Part shown: piece after piece, positions 35,634 to 45,178 of the stretch
How positions within the stretch are numbered: position 1 is the first letter of the stretch
Layout of the letters: each line of letters starts with the position of its first letter
NCBI GenBank assembly: GCA_964620265.1
Contig: CAZUGY010000002.1
Span: forward strand, 13,504 to 77,503
DNA from: an uncultured Alcaligenaceae bacterium
GTDB taxonomy: Bacteria > Pseudomonadota > Gammaproteobacteria > Burkholderiales > Casimicrobiaceae
Direction of reading: 5' to 3'
DNA length: 64,000 nucleotides
Position numbers and translations under genes: made by a program
The notes under the pieces: model-generated
Databases searched by the model: none
Told to the model about the DNA's origin: nothing
Seen by the model: only the letters and a program-made list of their open reading frames with translations

Positions 35634-38432
35634 CTAACGGGAGGTGGCTTTGGTGCGCGGCGCCGGCGCGCGCCCGGCCTTGGCACCATGGGCGGCGAGC
35701 GCCTCGGGCTTCAGGAGCTCGAGTCCGCGCGTGGCATTGAACCCATGGATCTCCTTCACGTCGAGCTTGCGCATGAAGGCGATGGTCTCCGGCGTGACCA
35801 CCTGCCCCGGCACCATGATCGGAAAGCCCGGGGGATAGGGAATCACGAACTTGGCCGACACGAGCTCGGGTCCGTTCTTGAGCCGCTCGTCGATGCGCTT
35901 GTCGTTGAGCTTCAGGTATTCGCAGTTGGCCGCGTCGTAGGCCATGTAGTAGGCCGCGCGCATGTCGCCTTCCGGCGTGGCGCTCTTGCCATCCAGCCGG
36001 AACGCATCGTGGAAGCGGCTGAAGTTGGGAAGGTCGGGCACGTCGTCGACGAGGGACTTCACGCGCTGCGCGAAGGCCTCGCGCTCCGCCTCGCCGCCGT
36101 CGGCGAGCCGCTTGTCGATGGCATGCGACATGTCGACGAGCGCCTTCACGAGATGCGCCATGTCGCTTCGCGTGTTGTTGATGTTGATCTGCACGAGCAC
36201 GCTGTTGCGCGAGGTCTTGTTGATCTGGATGTCGTAGTCGTTGGCGAGCAGCGCCTTGAACTGCGTGCCGTCGTACCCGGCCTTGCCGCAGAGCAGCGTG
36301 ATGCGCGTGGGATCGAGGAAGAACTCGTCCTCGCGCAGCGCCCGCAGCGTGTCGGCCAGCGTGCGGCCGGGCGTGCCGTAGTCGGCGAAGCCGGAACGCC
36401 GGTATTCCGCGGGGATCATCTCCTCCGGAGTCGCGGCACGGAAGTAGCGCGAGATGAGCGGATGCCCGTTGATCTCGCGGCGGATCTCGACGGCGAGCTG
36501 GATCGCCCGCTGCACGAGCTCGTAGCCCTCGAGCTCCATCTGCCGCCGCGCAAGGTCGAGCGAGGCGATGATCTGGAGGTTGGGCGAGGTGGAGGTGTGC
36601 GTGAAGAACGCCTCCTTGAAGGCGGCCTCGACGGACGGGAAGTCCTGGTCCGCCACCACGATGATCGAGCCCTGGCGCAATGCCGACATCGACTTGTGCA
36701 CGGAGTCGGACTCGTATACGCGGATGCGCACCTTGTCAGGGTCCGGCAGGAGCGCCATGTCGAGGAGCTTGGGATCGTTGGGCTTCAGCTTGGCGACCGC
36801 AGCCTTCGACGCCTCGTAGTGCTCGCGATACGCCGGATCGCGCATCAGCGCGCGCAGGCTCGCCGCGGCGCCCATCGCGGTGCGGCGGCGCAGGAACGGC
36901 GAGAAGCGCGCGTAGCCGTACCACGCCTCGTCCCAGAGGAAGACGAGGTCAGGCTTGATGGCGAGGCATTCGAGCATCGTCCGCTCGACGTTGGCGATGT
37001 GGCCGTCGAACGTGCAGTTGGTGAGCACGAGCATGCGCGCGCGGTCGAGCTTGCCCTCGGCCTTCAACTGCAGCAGCGCCTCCTTGATGGGACGGATCGC
37101 GAGGCTGCCATACATCGAGTACTGCGTGAGCGGGAAAGCATCGATGTACAGCGGCTCGCCGCCCGCGAGCACGAGGCCGTAGTGATGCGATTTGTGGCAG
37201 TCGCGGTCGATCAGCACGATGTCGCCGGGCCGCACCAGCGCCTGGTGGATGATCTTGTTGGACGTGGACGTGCCGTTGGTCACGAAGAACGTGCGGTCGC
37301 CGCCGAAGGCGCGCGCCGCCTTGTCCTGCGCGACCTTGATGTTGCCGGTGGGCTCGAGCAGGCTGTCGAGCCCGCCCGTGGTGGCGGAGGACTCGGCGAG
37401 GAAGAGGTTCGCGCCGTAGAACTCGCCCATGTCGCGGATCCAGTTCGACTTGAAGATCGACTTCCCGCGCGCCACCGGCAACGCATGGAAGGTGCCGATC
37501 GGCCGCGCGGCGTAACGCTTCAGGTTGTCGAAATACGGCGTGGCATAGCGGTCGGCCACGCCGGCCTGGATGGCGAGGTGGATCTCCATCGGCTCCTCCA
37601 CGCCGTAGAACACGCGGCGGATGATGTCGGCGTCCTCGGCGCCTGCGAGCTTGCCGACGTCGTGGTCGGTCACCACGAAGAGATCGAGCTCGGGCCGCAG
37701 GTTGTGCAGCAGGCGGCAGAGGGGAACACCCAGGTCGGACAGCCCCACCTGGATCCCGTCGGGCACGTGGGCCGACAGGAGCTCGCGCAAGGCCGGCGTG
37801 CTCAACTGCGACTCGAAGGCGAAGCCCTCGATGGCCACGATGGACTGGAGGTTGAAGTTGAAGAGCGTGGCGAGGACCGCATCCTCGAAGCTGCCGACCA
37901 CCACCGGCTCGTAGGTGAAGGCATCCTCGTCGCGGCGCAGGCGCCGGAAGGTGTCGCGCAGCGACGGCCACGTCGAGCGGTCGCCGGCGGCCACGATCAG
38001 CACCTCGAAGTAGGGACGCCGGCTCTGCCCGCGGCCGAGCGACGGCGGCAGGATGTCCGGCAATTGCGCCTCCGAGTCGTCGTCGGCCGTCCAGGCCTGC
38101 GCGTCGTCGCGGTAGCTGCCCGACATGAGCGCGCCGCTCACCCGGGCGACGAGGCGGGCGAAGCCGCGGGCATCGCCCGACTGGAGCAGATCGTGGATCT
38201 CCGCCATGAGGTGCGGACCCGGATACCCGTTGAGCTCCTCGAGCGAGGTGAGCTCGGCGAGTGCTGCGGCCGCGCGCTTGCGCAGGCCCGCGGCGTCACC
38301 CCCGGCCAGGAGCGCCTTGGCGACCCGGTTGAGATCGCGCCAGCGATCGATGCGCGCCTCGGCGGCGGAGAAGAACTGGCTGAAGGCACCGGCGACCGGT
38401 CCCGCGGCGGACTTGCTTGCGCTCTTGCTCAT
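35634..38432 (-). CDS. Orn/Lys/Arg-type PLP-dependent amino acid decarboxylase (about 932 aa, extended N-terminus)
   Basis: FHALPVARGKS, FVTNGTSTSNK, DRDCHKSHHY, WDEAW, PLP-lysine motif SVHKS, HTSTSPN, LDPTRITL and PYPPGFPIMVPG. Start placed at the ATG after a GGAGGAAG RBS. Confidence 0.9.
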   Translation of the reverse strand: MSKSASKSAAGPVAGAFSQFFSAAEARIDRWRDLNRVAKALLAGGDAAGLRKRAAAALAELTSLEELNGYPGPHLMAEIHDLLQSGDARGFARLVARVSGALMSGSYRDDAQAWTADDDSEAQLPDILPPSLGRGQSRRPYFEVLIVAAGDRSTWPSLRDTFRRLRRDEDAFTYEPVVVGSFEDAVLATLFNFNLQSIVAIEGFAFESQLSTPALRELLSAHVPDGIQVGLSDLGVPLCRLLHNLRPELDLFVVTDHDVGKLAGAEDADIIRRVFYGVEEPMEIHLAIQAGVADRYATPYFDNLKRYAARPIGTFHALPVARGKSIFKSNWIRDMGEFYGANLFLAESSATTGGLDSLLEPTGNIKVAQDKAARAFGGDRTFFVTNGTSTSNKIIHQALVRPGDIVLIDRDCHKSHHYGLVLAGGEPLYIDAFPLTQYSMYGSLAIRPIKEALLQLKAEGKLDRARMLVLTNCTFDGHIANVERTMLECLAIKPDLVFLWDEAWYGYARFSPFLRRRTAMGAAASLRALMRDPAYREHYEASKAAVAKLKPNDPKLLDMALLPDPDKVRIRVYESDSVHKSMSALRQGSIIVVADQDFPSVEAAFKEAFFTHTSTSPNLQIIASLDLARRQMELEGYELVQRAIQLAVEIRREINGHPLISRYFRAATPEEMIPAEYRRSGFADYGTPGRTLADTLRALREDEFFLDPTRITLLCGKAGYDGTQFKALLANDYDIQINKTSRNSVLVQININNTRSDMAHLVKALVDMSHAIDKRLADGGEAEREAFAQRVKSLVDDVPDLPNFSRFHDAFRLDGKSATPEGDMRAAYYMAYDAANCEYLKLNDKRIDERLKNGPELVSAKFVIPYPPGFPIMVPGQVVTPETIAFMRKLDVKEIHGFNATRGLELLKPEALAAHGAKAGRAPAPRTKATSR

Positions 38433-38573
38433 CGACTTCCTCCTTGTGTTGTCACCGCGGCCGCGCGCCGGACGCGTCCGGCGGGGGCTGCCATGCGCTG
38501 CTGGCGAACAGCGGATGGCTGCATCGGGGCGAACCTCGGTGCGCATCATTGCCCGCGCGAGCGGAATGCGTCC

Positions 38574-38641
38574 TTGCAAAACTCGACAAATGGAGACCGC
38601 CGTGGCACATGCCTGCCGTCCTTGCACAATGAGACGCAATG
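38574..38641 (-). promoter_or_regulatory. Two copies of a YGTC-N12-GACG motif with an internal TGCAA, upstream of the decarboxylase operon
   Basis: On the minus strand, CGTCTCATTGTGCAAGGACG starts at 38636 and TGTCGAGTTTTGCAAGGACG starts at 38588, 48 bp apart. Confidence 0.55.
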
Positions 38642-38643
38642 TC

Positions 38644-38657
38644 TTGATGCACGTCAA
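38644..38657. promoter_or_regulatory. FNR/FixK-type box
   Basis: TTGAT-gcac-GTCAA, one mismatch to TTGAT-N4-ATCAA. It sits inside the perfect palindrome GTCTTGA-N6-TCAAGAC (38641-38660). Confidence 0.7.
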
Positions 38658-38750
38658 GACCAAGGGAGGACGTGCCGTCCGCGCGTCGTGCGACGCAGCG
38701 CACGAAGTGGGAGCGCAAGAGCCCGCCGGAGCGAGCGGCCGCGGACGTCG

Positions 38751-39842
38751 CTAGGCCCTCACCTCGACGCTCGAGGTCCGGTGCGCGGCGCGCGCTTCGT
38801 TGCGCCACCGTCCGGGCGTGTTTCCGGACCAGCGCCGGAAGGTCCGCTGGAACGAGCTCAATCCGCTGTAGCCCAGCGTCATCGCGATCTCGTCCATCGG
38901 AATCTCGCCGTCGGCCAGGAGCTGGCGGGCGAAGTCGTAGCGCACGCCATCGAGCACCGCCTGGAAGCTCGTGCCATGCGCCTTCAGGCGCCGGTTGAGC
39001 GTGCGCCGATGCAGGGCCAGCGACTGCGCCACGTCGTCACCCGAGTGGCGGCCGACGATGAGCAGCGTGCGCAACGCGCGCACCACGCGATCGACGAAAG
39101 CGCCGGGACCGAATTCCTGCGCCCGCGCCTCGAGGACGCGTCGCTGCGCGGCATCGGCGCCGGGTACCGGATGCGCGAGCCACTCGCGCGGAAAGCGCAG
39201 GGCGGCGCGATCCGAGTCGAAGCGGAGGCTCCCATGGAAGACCCGCCGGTATTCCGCGATGTGCGCGGGGCGCGCATGGGGAAGCAGCACGGTCTGGATC
39301 GGCCACGCGCCCCCGCACAGCTCCCGCAGGAGGTTGACGGCACCGGCGAGGGCGGAGGCATAGATATGCTCGCTGCCGGCGACCTCGGGTTGATAGATCG
39401 CATAGCCGAAGTCGGCGCTTGCTCCGTGGTCGACCAGGAAGGTCATGGCGCCGCCGCTATTGAGCCGCTGGTAGAGCACGAACATCCGCAGCGCGGCGCC
39501 CACCGTTTCGCAATTGCGGGCGATCTCGCCGGCAAAGCCATAGTCGCGCAGTTGCCATGCCTCGCCGCAGAGGAGCCCGAAGTGCGGGCACTTGGTCTGC
39601 TCCGCCGCCACGCAGAGCAGGCGGCCGAGGCTCGCATAGGGAACCCGCTGGTCGGCCCGATCGAGCGCGTCGGGGGAGAGCCCCGCCATCGCCAGGATGC
39701 GCCCGGGATCGGCGCCCATGCTGGAAAGCAGGCCGGGCACGCTGGTGAACGCGCCCACCCGCTGGTCGGGCCAGGAAGGGGACGCGTCGTCGTGACGCGA
39801 ACCGTGGATACTCGAATTTGCCGCCAAAAGCGCTCCTGTCAT
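38751..39842 (-). CDS. AraC-family transcriptional regulator (same subfamily as 5326-6351)
   Basis: PHFGLLCG, NCETVGAAL, and C-terminal HTHs VAQSLALHRRTLNRRL and IAMTLGYSGLSSFQRTFRRW. Alternative start at 39719. Confidence 0.88.
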   Translation of the reverse strand: MTGALLAANSSIHGSRHDDASPSWPDQRVGAFTSVPGLLSSMGADPGRILAMAGLSPDALDRADQRVPYASLGRLLCVAAEQTKCPHFGLLCGEAWQLRDYGFAGEIARNCETVGAALRMFVLYQRLNSGGAMTFLVDHGASADFGYAIYQPEVAGSEHIYASALAGAVNLLRELCGGAWPIQTVLLPHARPAHIAEYRRVFHGSLRFDSDRAALRFPREWLAHPVPGADAAQRRVLEARAQEFGPGAFVDRVVRALRTLLIVGRHSGDDVAQSLALHRRTLNRRLKAHGTSFQAVLDGVRYDFARQLLADGEIPMDEIAMTLGYSGLSSFQRTFRRWSGNTPGRWRNEARAAHRTSSVEVRA

Positions 39843-39918
39843 GTCTGCGCACACCGCATCGGCAAGCCCACGGTCGATGCCGTGGCGGCACCCGATTATG
39901 CCGACGGCCCTGAACGAA

Positions 39919-39938
39919 TGTCCAGATTTGCAAAGACG
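39919..39938 (+). promoter_or_regulatory. Third copy of the YGTC-N12-GACG motif, upstream of the pfl operon
   Basis: TGTCCAGATTTGCAAAGACG, in the divergent intergenic region between AraC and the pfl operon. Confidence 0.55.
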
Positions 39939-40010
39939 GCGCGCAAAGGGCGCGCCGAGAATTCTCGATACCACAGGCGGATTCCGCCAATACCCCGAAG
40001 GAGGAAGTAT

Positions 40011-40418
40011 ATGAACAAGTCTCATATGGCCGTGGCGATTGTCGCCGCCACCGCCCTCATCGGCGTCGCTGCGGCGCAACAGCCCGCGACGTCCACCGAC
40101 AAGGCCACGGCGAAGGCGCAACGCGATGCCGCCGCGCAGAAGAACCTGAAGAGCGCCACCGAGGGTACCGCCAAGGGGTACACCGGCGGCGCCGCCGAGG
40201 GCTCCGCGAAGGCCGCCGCGACCAAGGACATGCCGAGGACGGCACCCGACGCCGCCGCCAAGCAGCAGGCCGTCAAGTCGGCCACCAAGGGTGCGGGCAC
40301 CGGATACGGCGAGGCCGCCGCCGACTCCGCCGCCATCGCCGCCAAGGACAAGTCGGGCAAGACGCCCCTGCCCAAGCCGAAGGCGGATGCACCGGAGATG
40401 CGCAAGGTCGTTCCGTAA
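40011..40418 (+). CDS. Hypothetical secreted Ala/Lys-rich protein with two internal repeats
   Basis: Strong AAGGAGG RBS and signal peptide MNKSHMAVAIVAATALIGVAAA. Repeats KSATEGTAKGY..AAEGSA and KSATKGAGTGY..AAADSA. Ends 18 nt before pflB. Confidence 0.7.
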   Translation: MNKSHMAVAIVAATALIGVAAAQQPATSTDKATAKAQRDAAAQKNLKSATEGTAKGYTGGAAEGSAKAAATKDMPRTAPDAAAKQQAVKSATKGAGTGYGEAAADSAAIAAKDKSGKTPLPKPKADAPEMRKVVP

Positions 40419-40436
40419 GCCTGACAGGAGACGCTG

Positions 40437-42689
40437 ATGGCAACTGCGCTGAAGGCTGCCGCGCGCAGCCAGGATCCATGGCGGGATTTCACCCCTGGCG
40501 TGTGGCAGTCGCGCGTCGACGTGCGCGACTTCATCCAGCGCAACTACACGCCGTACGAAGGTGACGGCGCGTTCCTCGCCGGCCCCACCGCCCGCACCAC
40601 GAACCTGTGGAAGTCCCTGGCGCCGCTGCTGGCCGAAGAGCGCAAGAAGGGCATCCTCGACGTCTCGCAGGTGCCCGCGGGCATCCTCGCCCATGGTCCC
40701 GGCTACATCGACCGCGACCACGAGATCATCGTCGGACTGCAGACCGACGCGCCGCTGAAGCGCGCGATCATGCCCAACGGCGGCTGGCGCGTGGTGGCAG
40801 CAAGCCTCGAGGCCTACGGCTACAAGCCCGACGAGCGCGTGGGCGAGATCTTCACCAAGTACCGCAAGACGCACAACGACGGCGTGTTCGATGCCTACAC
40901 GCCCGCGATCCGCAAGGCGCGCAAGTCCGGCGTGGTGACGGGCCTGCCCGATGCCTACGGCCGCGGCCGCATCATCGGCGACTACCGGCGCGTCGCGCTG
41001 TACGGCGTCGATTTCCTCATCGAGGACAAGCAGCGCGAGAAGGCCGAGCTCGACGACCGCCACTCCATCGAGGAGGTGATCCGCGTGCGCGAGGAGCTCG
41101 CCGAGCAGATCCGGTCGCTGCAGGAGCTGAAGGAGATGGCCGCGAGCTATGGCCACGACATCGCAGGTCCCGCGGCCAATGCGCGCGAGGCCGTGCAGTG
41201 GACCTACTTCGGCTACCTCGCCGCGATCAAGCAGCAGAACGGCGCCGCGATGTCCGCCGGGCGGCTGTCCACGTTCTGGGACATCTACTTCGAGCGCGAC
41301 CTGCGCGACGGCACGCTCACCGAGGCGCAGGCGCAGGAGATCATCGACGACGTCGTGATCAAGTGGCGCCTCGTGCGCTTCCTCCGCGCGCCCGAATACA
41401 ACGCGCTCTTCTCCGGCGATCCCGTGTGGGTCACCGAGGTGGTGGGCGGCATGGGCGACGACGGGCGCACGCTGGTGACGAAGAGCGCGTTCCGCATGCT
41501 GCACACGCTGAACAACCTGGGCCCCGCGCCGGAGCCCAACCTGACCGTCTTCTGGTCCACGCGCCTGCCCGAGGGCTTCAAGCGCTTCGCGATCAAGGTG
41601 TCGATCGACACCAGCTCCATCCAGTACGAGGCCGACGACCTCATGCGGCCCAAGTGGGGCGACGACTGTGCCATCGCCTGCTGCGTGTCCGCCATGCGCC
41701 TCGGCAAGCAGATGCAGTTCTTCGGCGCGCGGGTCAACCTGCCCAAGACGCTGCTCTACGCGCTCAACGGCGGCCGCGACGAGATCAGCGGCGAGCAGAT
41801 CGCCCCGCGCCTGGCCCCCGTGACCGGCGACGTCCTCGACTACGACGAGGTGATGGCGCGCCTCGATCCGATGCTCGACTGGCTCGCGCAGACCTACGTG
41901 AATGCGCTGAACGTCATCCACTACATGCACGACAAGTACTGCTACGAGGCGATCGAGATGGCGCTGCACGATCGCGACGTGCTGCGCACGCTGGCCTGCG
42001 GCATCGCCGGCCTCTCGCATGCCGCCGACAGCCTGTCGGCGATCCGGTACGCCAAGGTACGTCCGGTCCGCGACGAGCGCGGGATCATCGTCGACTTCCA
42101 CACCGAGGGCGAGTTCCCCTGCTTCGGCAACAACGACGACCGCGCCGACGACATCGCCAAGGCACTGGTGTCGACGATGATGAACAAGATCCGCCGCTTC
42201 CCGACCTACCGCAACGCCGTGCACACGCAATCGGTGCTCACGATCACGTCCAACGTGGTGTACGGCAAGGCCACCGGCAACACGCCCGACGGCCGCAAGA
42301 AGGGCGAGGCCTTCGCCCCCGGCGCCAATCCCTCCAACGGCCGCGATACGCATGGCGCGCTGGCGGCGCTCATGTCGGTGGCCAAGATCCCCTACGACGA
42401 CGCCGAGGACGGCATCTCGCTCACGCTCTCGGTGGTGCCGTCCGCGCTCGGCAACGCGCAGGAGCGCCTCGACCGCGGCGTGGGCGCGCTCGACGCCTAC
42501 TTCGGCACCGGCGGCTTCCACGTCAACATCAACGTGCTGAACCGCGAGACGCTGCAGGATGCGATGAAGCATCCGGAGAAGTATCCGCAGCTCACGATCC
42601 GGGTGTCGGGCTACGCGGTGAACTTCGTCAAGCTCACGAAGGAGCAGCAGCAGGACGTCATCAACCGCACGTTCCACGGCGCGATCTAG
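40437..42689 (+). CDS. pflB: Pyruvate formate-lyase (formate C-acetyltransferase)
   Basis: 750 aa. [31 protein letters not shown], catalytic IACCVS, and glycyl-radical motif [11 protein letters not shown]. Confidence 0.97.
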   Translation: MATALKAAARSQDPWRDFTPGVWQSRVDVRDFIQRNYTPYEGDGAFLAGPTARTTNLWKSLAPLLAEERKKGILDVSQVPAGILAHGPGYIDRDHEIIVGLQTDAPLKRAIMPNGGWRVVAASLEAYGYKPDERVGEIFTKYRKTHNDGVFDAYTPAIRKARKSGVVTGLPDAYGRGRIIGDYRRVALYGVDFLIEDKQREKAELDDRHSIEEVIRVREELAEQIRSLQELKEMAASYGHDIAGPAANAREAVQWTYFGYLAAIKQQNGAAMSAGRLSTFWDIYFERDLRDGTLTEAQAQEIIDDVVIKWRLVRFLRAPEYNALFSGDPVWVTEVVGGMGDDGRTLVTKSAFRMLHTLNNLGPAPEPNLTVFWSTRLPEGFKRFAIKVSIDTSSIQYEADDLMRPKWGDDCAIACCVSAMRLGKQMQFFGARVNLPKTLLYALNGGRDEISGEQIAPRLAPVTGDVLDYDEVMARLDPMLDWLAQTYVNALNVIHYMHDKYCYEAIEMALHDRDVLRTLACGIAGLSHAADSLSAIRYAKVRPVRDERGIIVDFHTEGEFPCFGNNDDRADDIAKALVSTMMNKIRRFPTYRNAVHTQSVLTITSNVVYGKATGNTPDGRKKGEAFAPGANPSNGRDTHGALAALMSVAKIPYDDAEDGISLTLSVVPSALGNAQERLDRGVGALDAYFGTGGFHVNINVLNRETLQDAMKHPEKYPQLTIRVSGYAVNFVKLTKEQQQDVINRTFHGAI

Positions 42690-42696
42690 GACCCCC

Positions 42697-43554
42697 ATGG
42701 CGGACACGCTGGTGGGCAGCCGCTATTCGCTGCATGTCGCAAGGCGTGGCGCAAACGAGACGAAGGCCTCGCGCGACTATTTTGCCGTGCAGCCCGGGGA
42801 CACCGAGCTCGATGCCCCCGGCGAGGACATCGCGGGCTTCGTCCACTCCTACGAGGTGGGCAGCACGGTGGACGGGCCGGGACTGCGCTTCGTGGCCTTC
42901 CTCACCGGCTGCCTGCTGCGCTGCCAGTACTGCCACAACCCGGATACCTGGCACAAGCACAACGGCCACCCCGTGACCGTGTCGCGCGCCATGAAGACGA
43001 TCGGCAAGTACGCCGCGGTGCTCAAGCTCTCCAGGGGCGGCATCACGATCTCCGGCGGCGAGCCCGTGGTGCAGAAGGCCTTCGTCGTGGAGGTGTTCCG
43101 CCGCTGCAAGGCACTCGGCCTGCACACCTGCCTCGACACGTCGGGGCGACTGGGCGAGCGCCTCACCGACGAGGACCTCGCGTCCATCGACCTCAACCTG
43201 CTCGACATCAAGTCGGGCGACCCCGAGATCTACGAGCGCGTGACGCGGCAGCCGCTGCAGCCCACGCTCGACTATGCGCGGCGGCTGTCGGCGCTCGGCC
43301 GTCCCATGTGGATCCGCTACGTGCTCGTGCCGGGCCTCACCGACGGCGTCGACAACGTCGAGAAGGTCGCGCAGTTCTGCGGGAGCCTCGCGACCGTCGA
43401 GCGCGTGGAGATCCTGCGCTTCCACCAGATGGGCCGCGACAAGTGGGAAAAGCTGGGCCTCGAATACACGCTGGGCAACGTCGAGCCGCCCGACGCCGCG
43501 CTGACCGAGCGGGTGCGCGGGCAGTTCCGCAGCCACGGCCTCACCGTCTACTAG
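42697..43554 (+). CDS. pflA: PFL-activating enzyme (radical SAM)
   Basis: GSTVDGPGLRFVAF, CLLRCQYCHNPDTW (CxxxCxxC), GGITISGGEP and WIRYVLVPGLTD. Confidence 0.96.
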   Translation: MADTLVGSRYSLHVARRGANETKASRDYFAVQPGDTELDAPGEDIAGFVHSYEVGSTVDGPGLRFVAFLTGCLLRCQYCHNPDTWHKHNGHPVTVSRAMKTIGKYAAVLKLSRGGITISGGEPVVQKAFVVEVFRRCKALGLHTCLDTSGRLGERLTDEDLASIDLNLLDIKSGDPEIYERVTRQPLQPTLDYARRLSALGRPMWIRYVLVPGLTDGVDNVEKVAQFCGSLATVERVEILRFHQMGRDKWEKLGLEYTLGNVEPPDAALTERVRGQFRSHGLTVY

Positions 43555-43588
43555 ACGACGATCACCAGGCAACTCATCGGGGAAGACC

Positions 43589-45178
43589 TTGGAATTCCTG
43601 CGCACCCTGCTCGAGCAGCAACCGCTGATGGCGGTATTCCTCACCATCGCCATCGGCTATCTCGTGGGCGAGATCAACATCAAGGGCTTCTCGCTCGGGG
43701 TGGGCGCCGTCCTCTTCGTGGCGCTCGCGGTCGGCTGGTTCGCACCCAAGTCGGCGCCCGCGCCGATGGTCGGCACGCTCGGCCTCGCGCTCTTCCTCTA
43801 TGCCGTGGGCGTGCAGTACGGCAAGCAGTTCTTCCTGGGCCTCACCAGCGCGGAGGGACGCAAGGCGAACTTCATCGCCCTCGTGGGCGTGCTGTGCGCG
43901 GGGCTCGTGAGCCTCCTCTTCGTGAAGGTGATGGGGCTGAACCTGGGCCATGCGCTCGGGCTCTTCGCCGGCTCCGGCACGAGCACGCCCACGCTGCAGG
44001 CCGCGATCGTGACGCTGGGCAACGACGATCCCGCCGTCGGCTACTCGGTGTCCTACCCCTTCGGCGTGGCCGGACCGATCCTCCTGCTCTACATCGCCTT
44101 CATGGTCATGAAGCCGCGGCTCGACCGGCCGGGTGCCGGCGGCATGGAGCTGCTCGAGATCGCGCTGCGCAATCCCGAGCACATCGGCCGCACGCTCTCC
44201 GAGGTGAGCGCGGCCCTGCCCGCGGGCGTGAGCATCGCGGCCCTGCGCCGGCAAAGCCAGAACGAGCCGGCCGCCCCCGCCACGGTGCTCGCCGAGGACG
44301 ACGTGCTCCTCGCCGTCGCCTCGACGCAGGTCGCGCTCGAAAGCGCGCGCAAGATGCTGGGCGAAGCGGCGCCGGGCCGCATCGCCAAGGACCGCCGCGA
44401 CCTCGACTATGTCCGCGTGTTCGCCTCCCGGCCCGCCATCGTGGGCCGCGCGCTCGGCGACCTGGCGTTGCCGGGCCGGAAGGCCTCGATCGTGGCGCAC
44501 GTGCGCCGGGGGGACACCGACATCCTGCCGCGACCCGACCTCGTGCTCGAGTTCGGCGATCGCATCGGCCTCCTCGCGCATCGCGACGATTTCGCCGCGC
44601 TGCGCAAGCACTTCGGCGATTCGATCAAGGGCACCGCCGAGTTCAGCTACGTGTCGATCGGGCTCGGCATGGCGGCGGGCTTCCTGCTCGGCGCGATCCA
44701 GCTGCCGCTGCCGGGCATCGGCAAGATCGCCGTGGGCCTGTCGGGCGTGCTCATCATGGCGCTGATCCTCGGCAACTTCCGCCGTACGGGCGGGCTCAAC
44801 TGGACGATTCCCTTGTCGGCCAACCTCGTGCTGCGCAACCTGGGGCTGACGCTGTTCCTGGCCCAGGTCGGCATGGCCTCCGGGCCGAAGTTCGCCGCCA
44901 CCGTCTCGCAGACCGGCTTCATGATGCTGGGCCTGGGCGCGCTCGTGCTGCTCGCCCTCGTGATCCCGATCATGATCCTGGGCTTCCTCGTCTTCCGCAT
45001 GCCCTACGACGAGGTCGCGGGCATCGTCGCGGGCGCGTGCGGCAATCCCGCGATCCTCGCCTACGCCAACAAGCTCGCCCCCACCGATCGCCCGGACCTG
45101 GGCTACGCGATGATCTTTCCCGGCATGACGATCGTGAAGATCATCTTCGTCGACGTGGTTCCCGCATTGGTCACATGA
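43589..45178 (+). CDS. AspT/YidE/YbjL-family (AAE) exchanger, third copy
   Basis: TTG start after a GGGAAG RBS. LFLYAVGVQYG, GLFAGSGTSTPTLQAA, TrkA-C loops, and GACGNPAILAYA...YAMIFP. Confidence 0.88.
   Translation: MEFLRTLLEQQPLMAVFLTIAIGYLVGEINIKGFSLGVGAVLFVALAVGWFAPKSAPAPMVGTLGLALFLYAVGVQYGKQFFLGLTSAEGRKANFIALVGVLCAGLVSLLFVKVMGLNLGHALGLFAGSGTSTPTLQAAIVTLGNDDPAVGYSVSYPFGVAGPILLLYIAFMVMKPRLDRPGAGGMELLEIALRNPEHIGRTLSEVSAALPAGVSIAALRRQSQNEPAAPATVLAEDDVLLAVASTQVALESARKMLGEAAPGRIAKDRRDLDYVRVFASRPAIVGRALGDLALPGRKASIVAHVRRGDTDILPRPDLVLEFGDRIGLLAHRDDFAALRKHFGDSIKGTAEFSYVSIGLGMAAGFLLGAIQLPLPGIGKIAVGLSGVLIMALILGNFRRTGGLNWTIPLSANLVLRNLGLTLFLAQVGMASGPKFAATVSQTGFMMLGLGALVLLALVIPIMILGFLVFRMPYDEVAGIVAGACGNPAILAYANKLAPTDRPDLGYAMIFPGMTIVKIIFVDVVPALVT

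Noticed and set aside
38603-38617. Possible sigma54 promoter (TGGCAC...TGC)
   Set aside because: The GG-to-GC spacing is one base short, and it points away from any gene start.
38433-38663. Longer start for the decarboxylase (1009 aa)
   Set aside because: The extension crosses the promoter motifs and FNR box, and a strong RBS precedes the ATG at 38432.
39843-42707. Apparent ~950-aa N-terminal extension on the second AraC (ORF 38751-42707)
   Set aside because: It is the antisense frame of pflB and the 40011 gene. AraC homology begins only near 39842.
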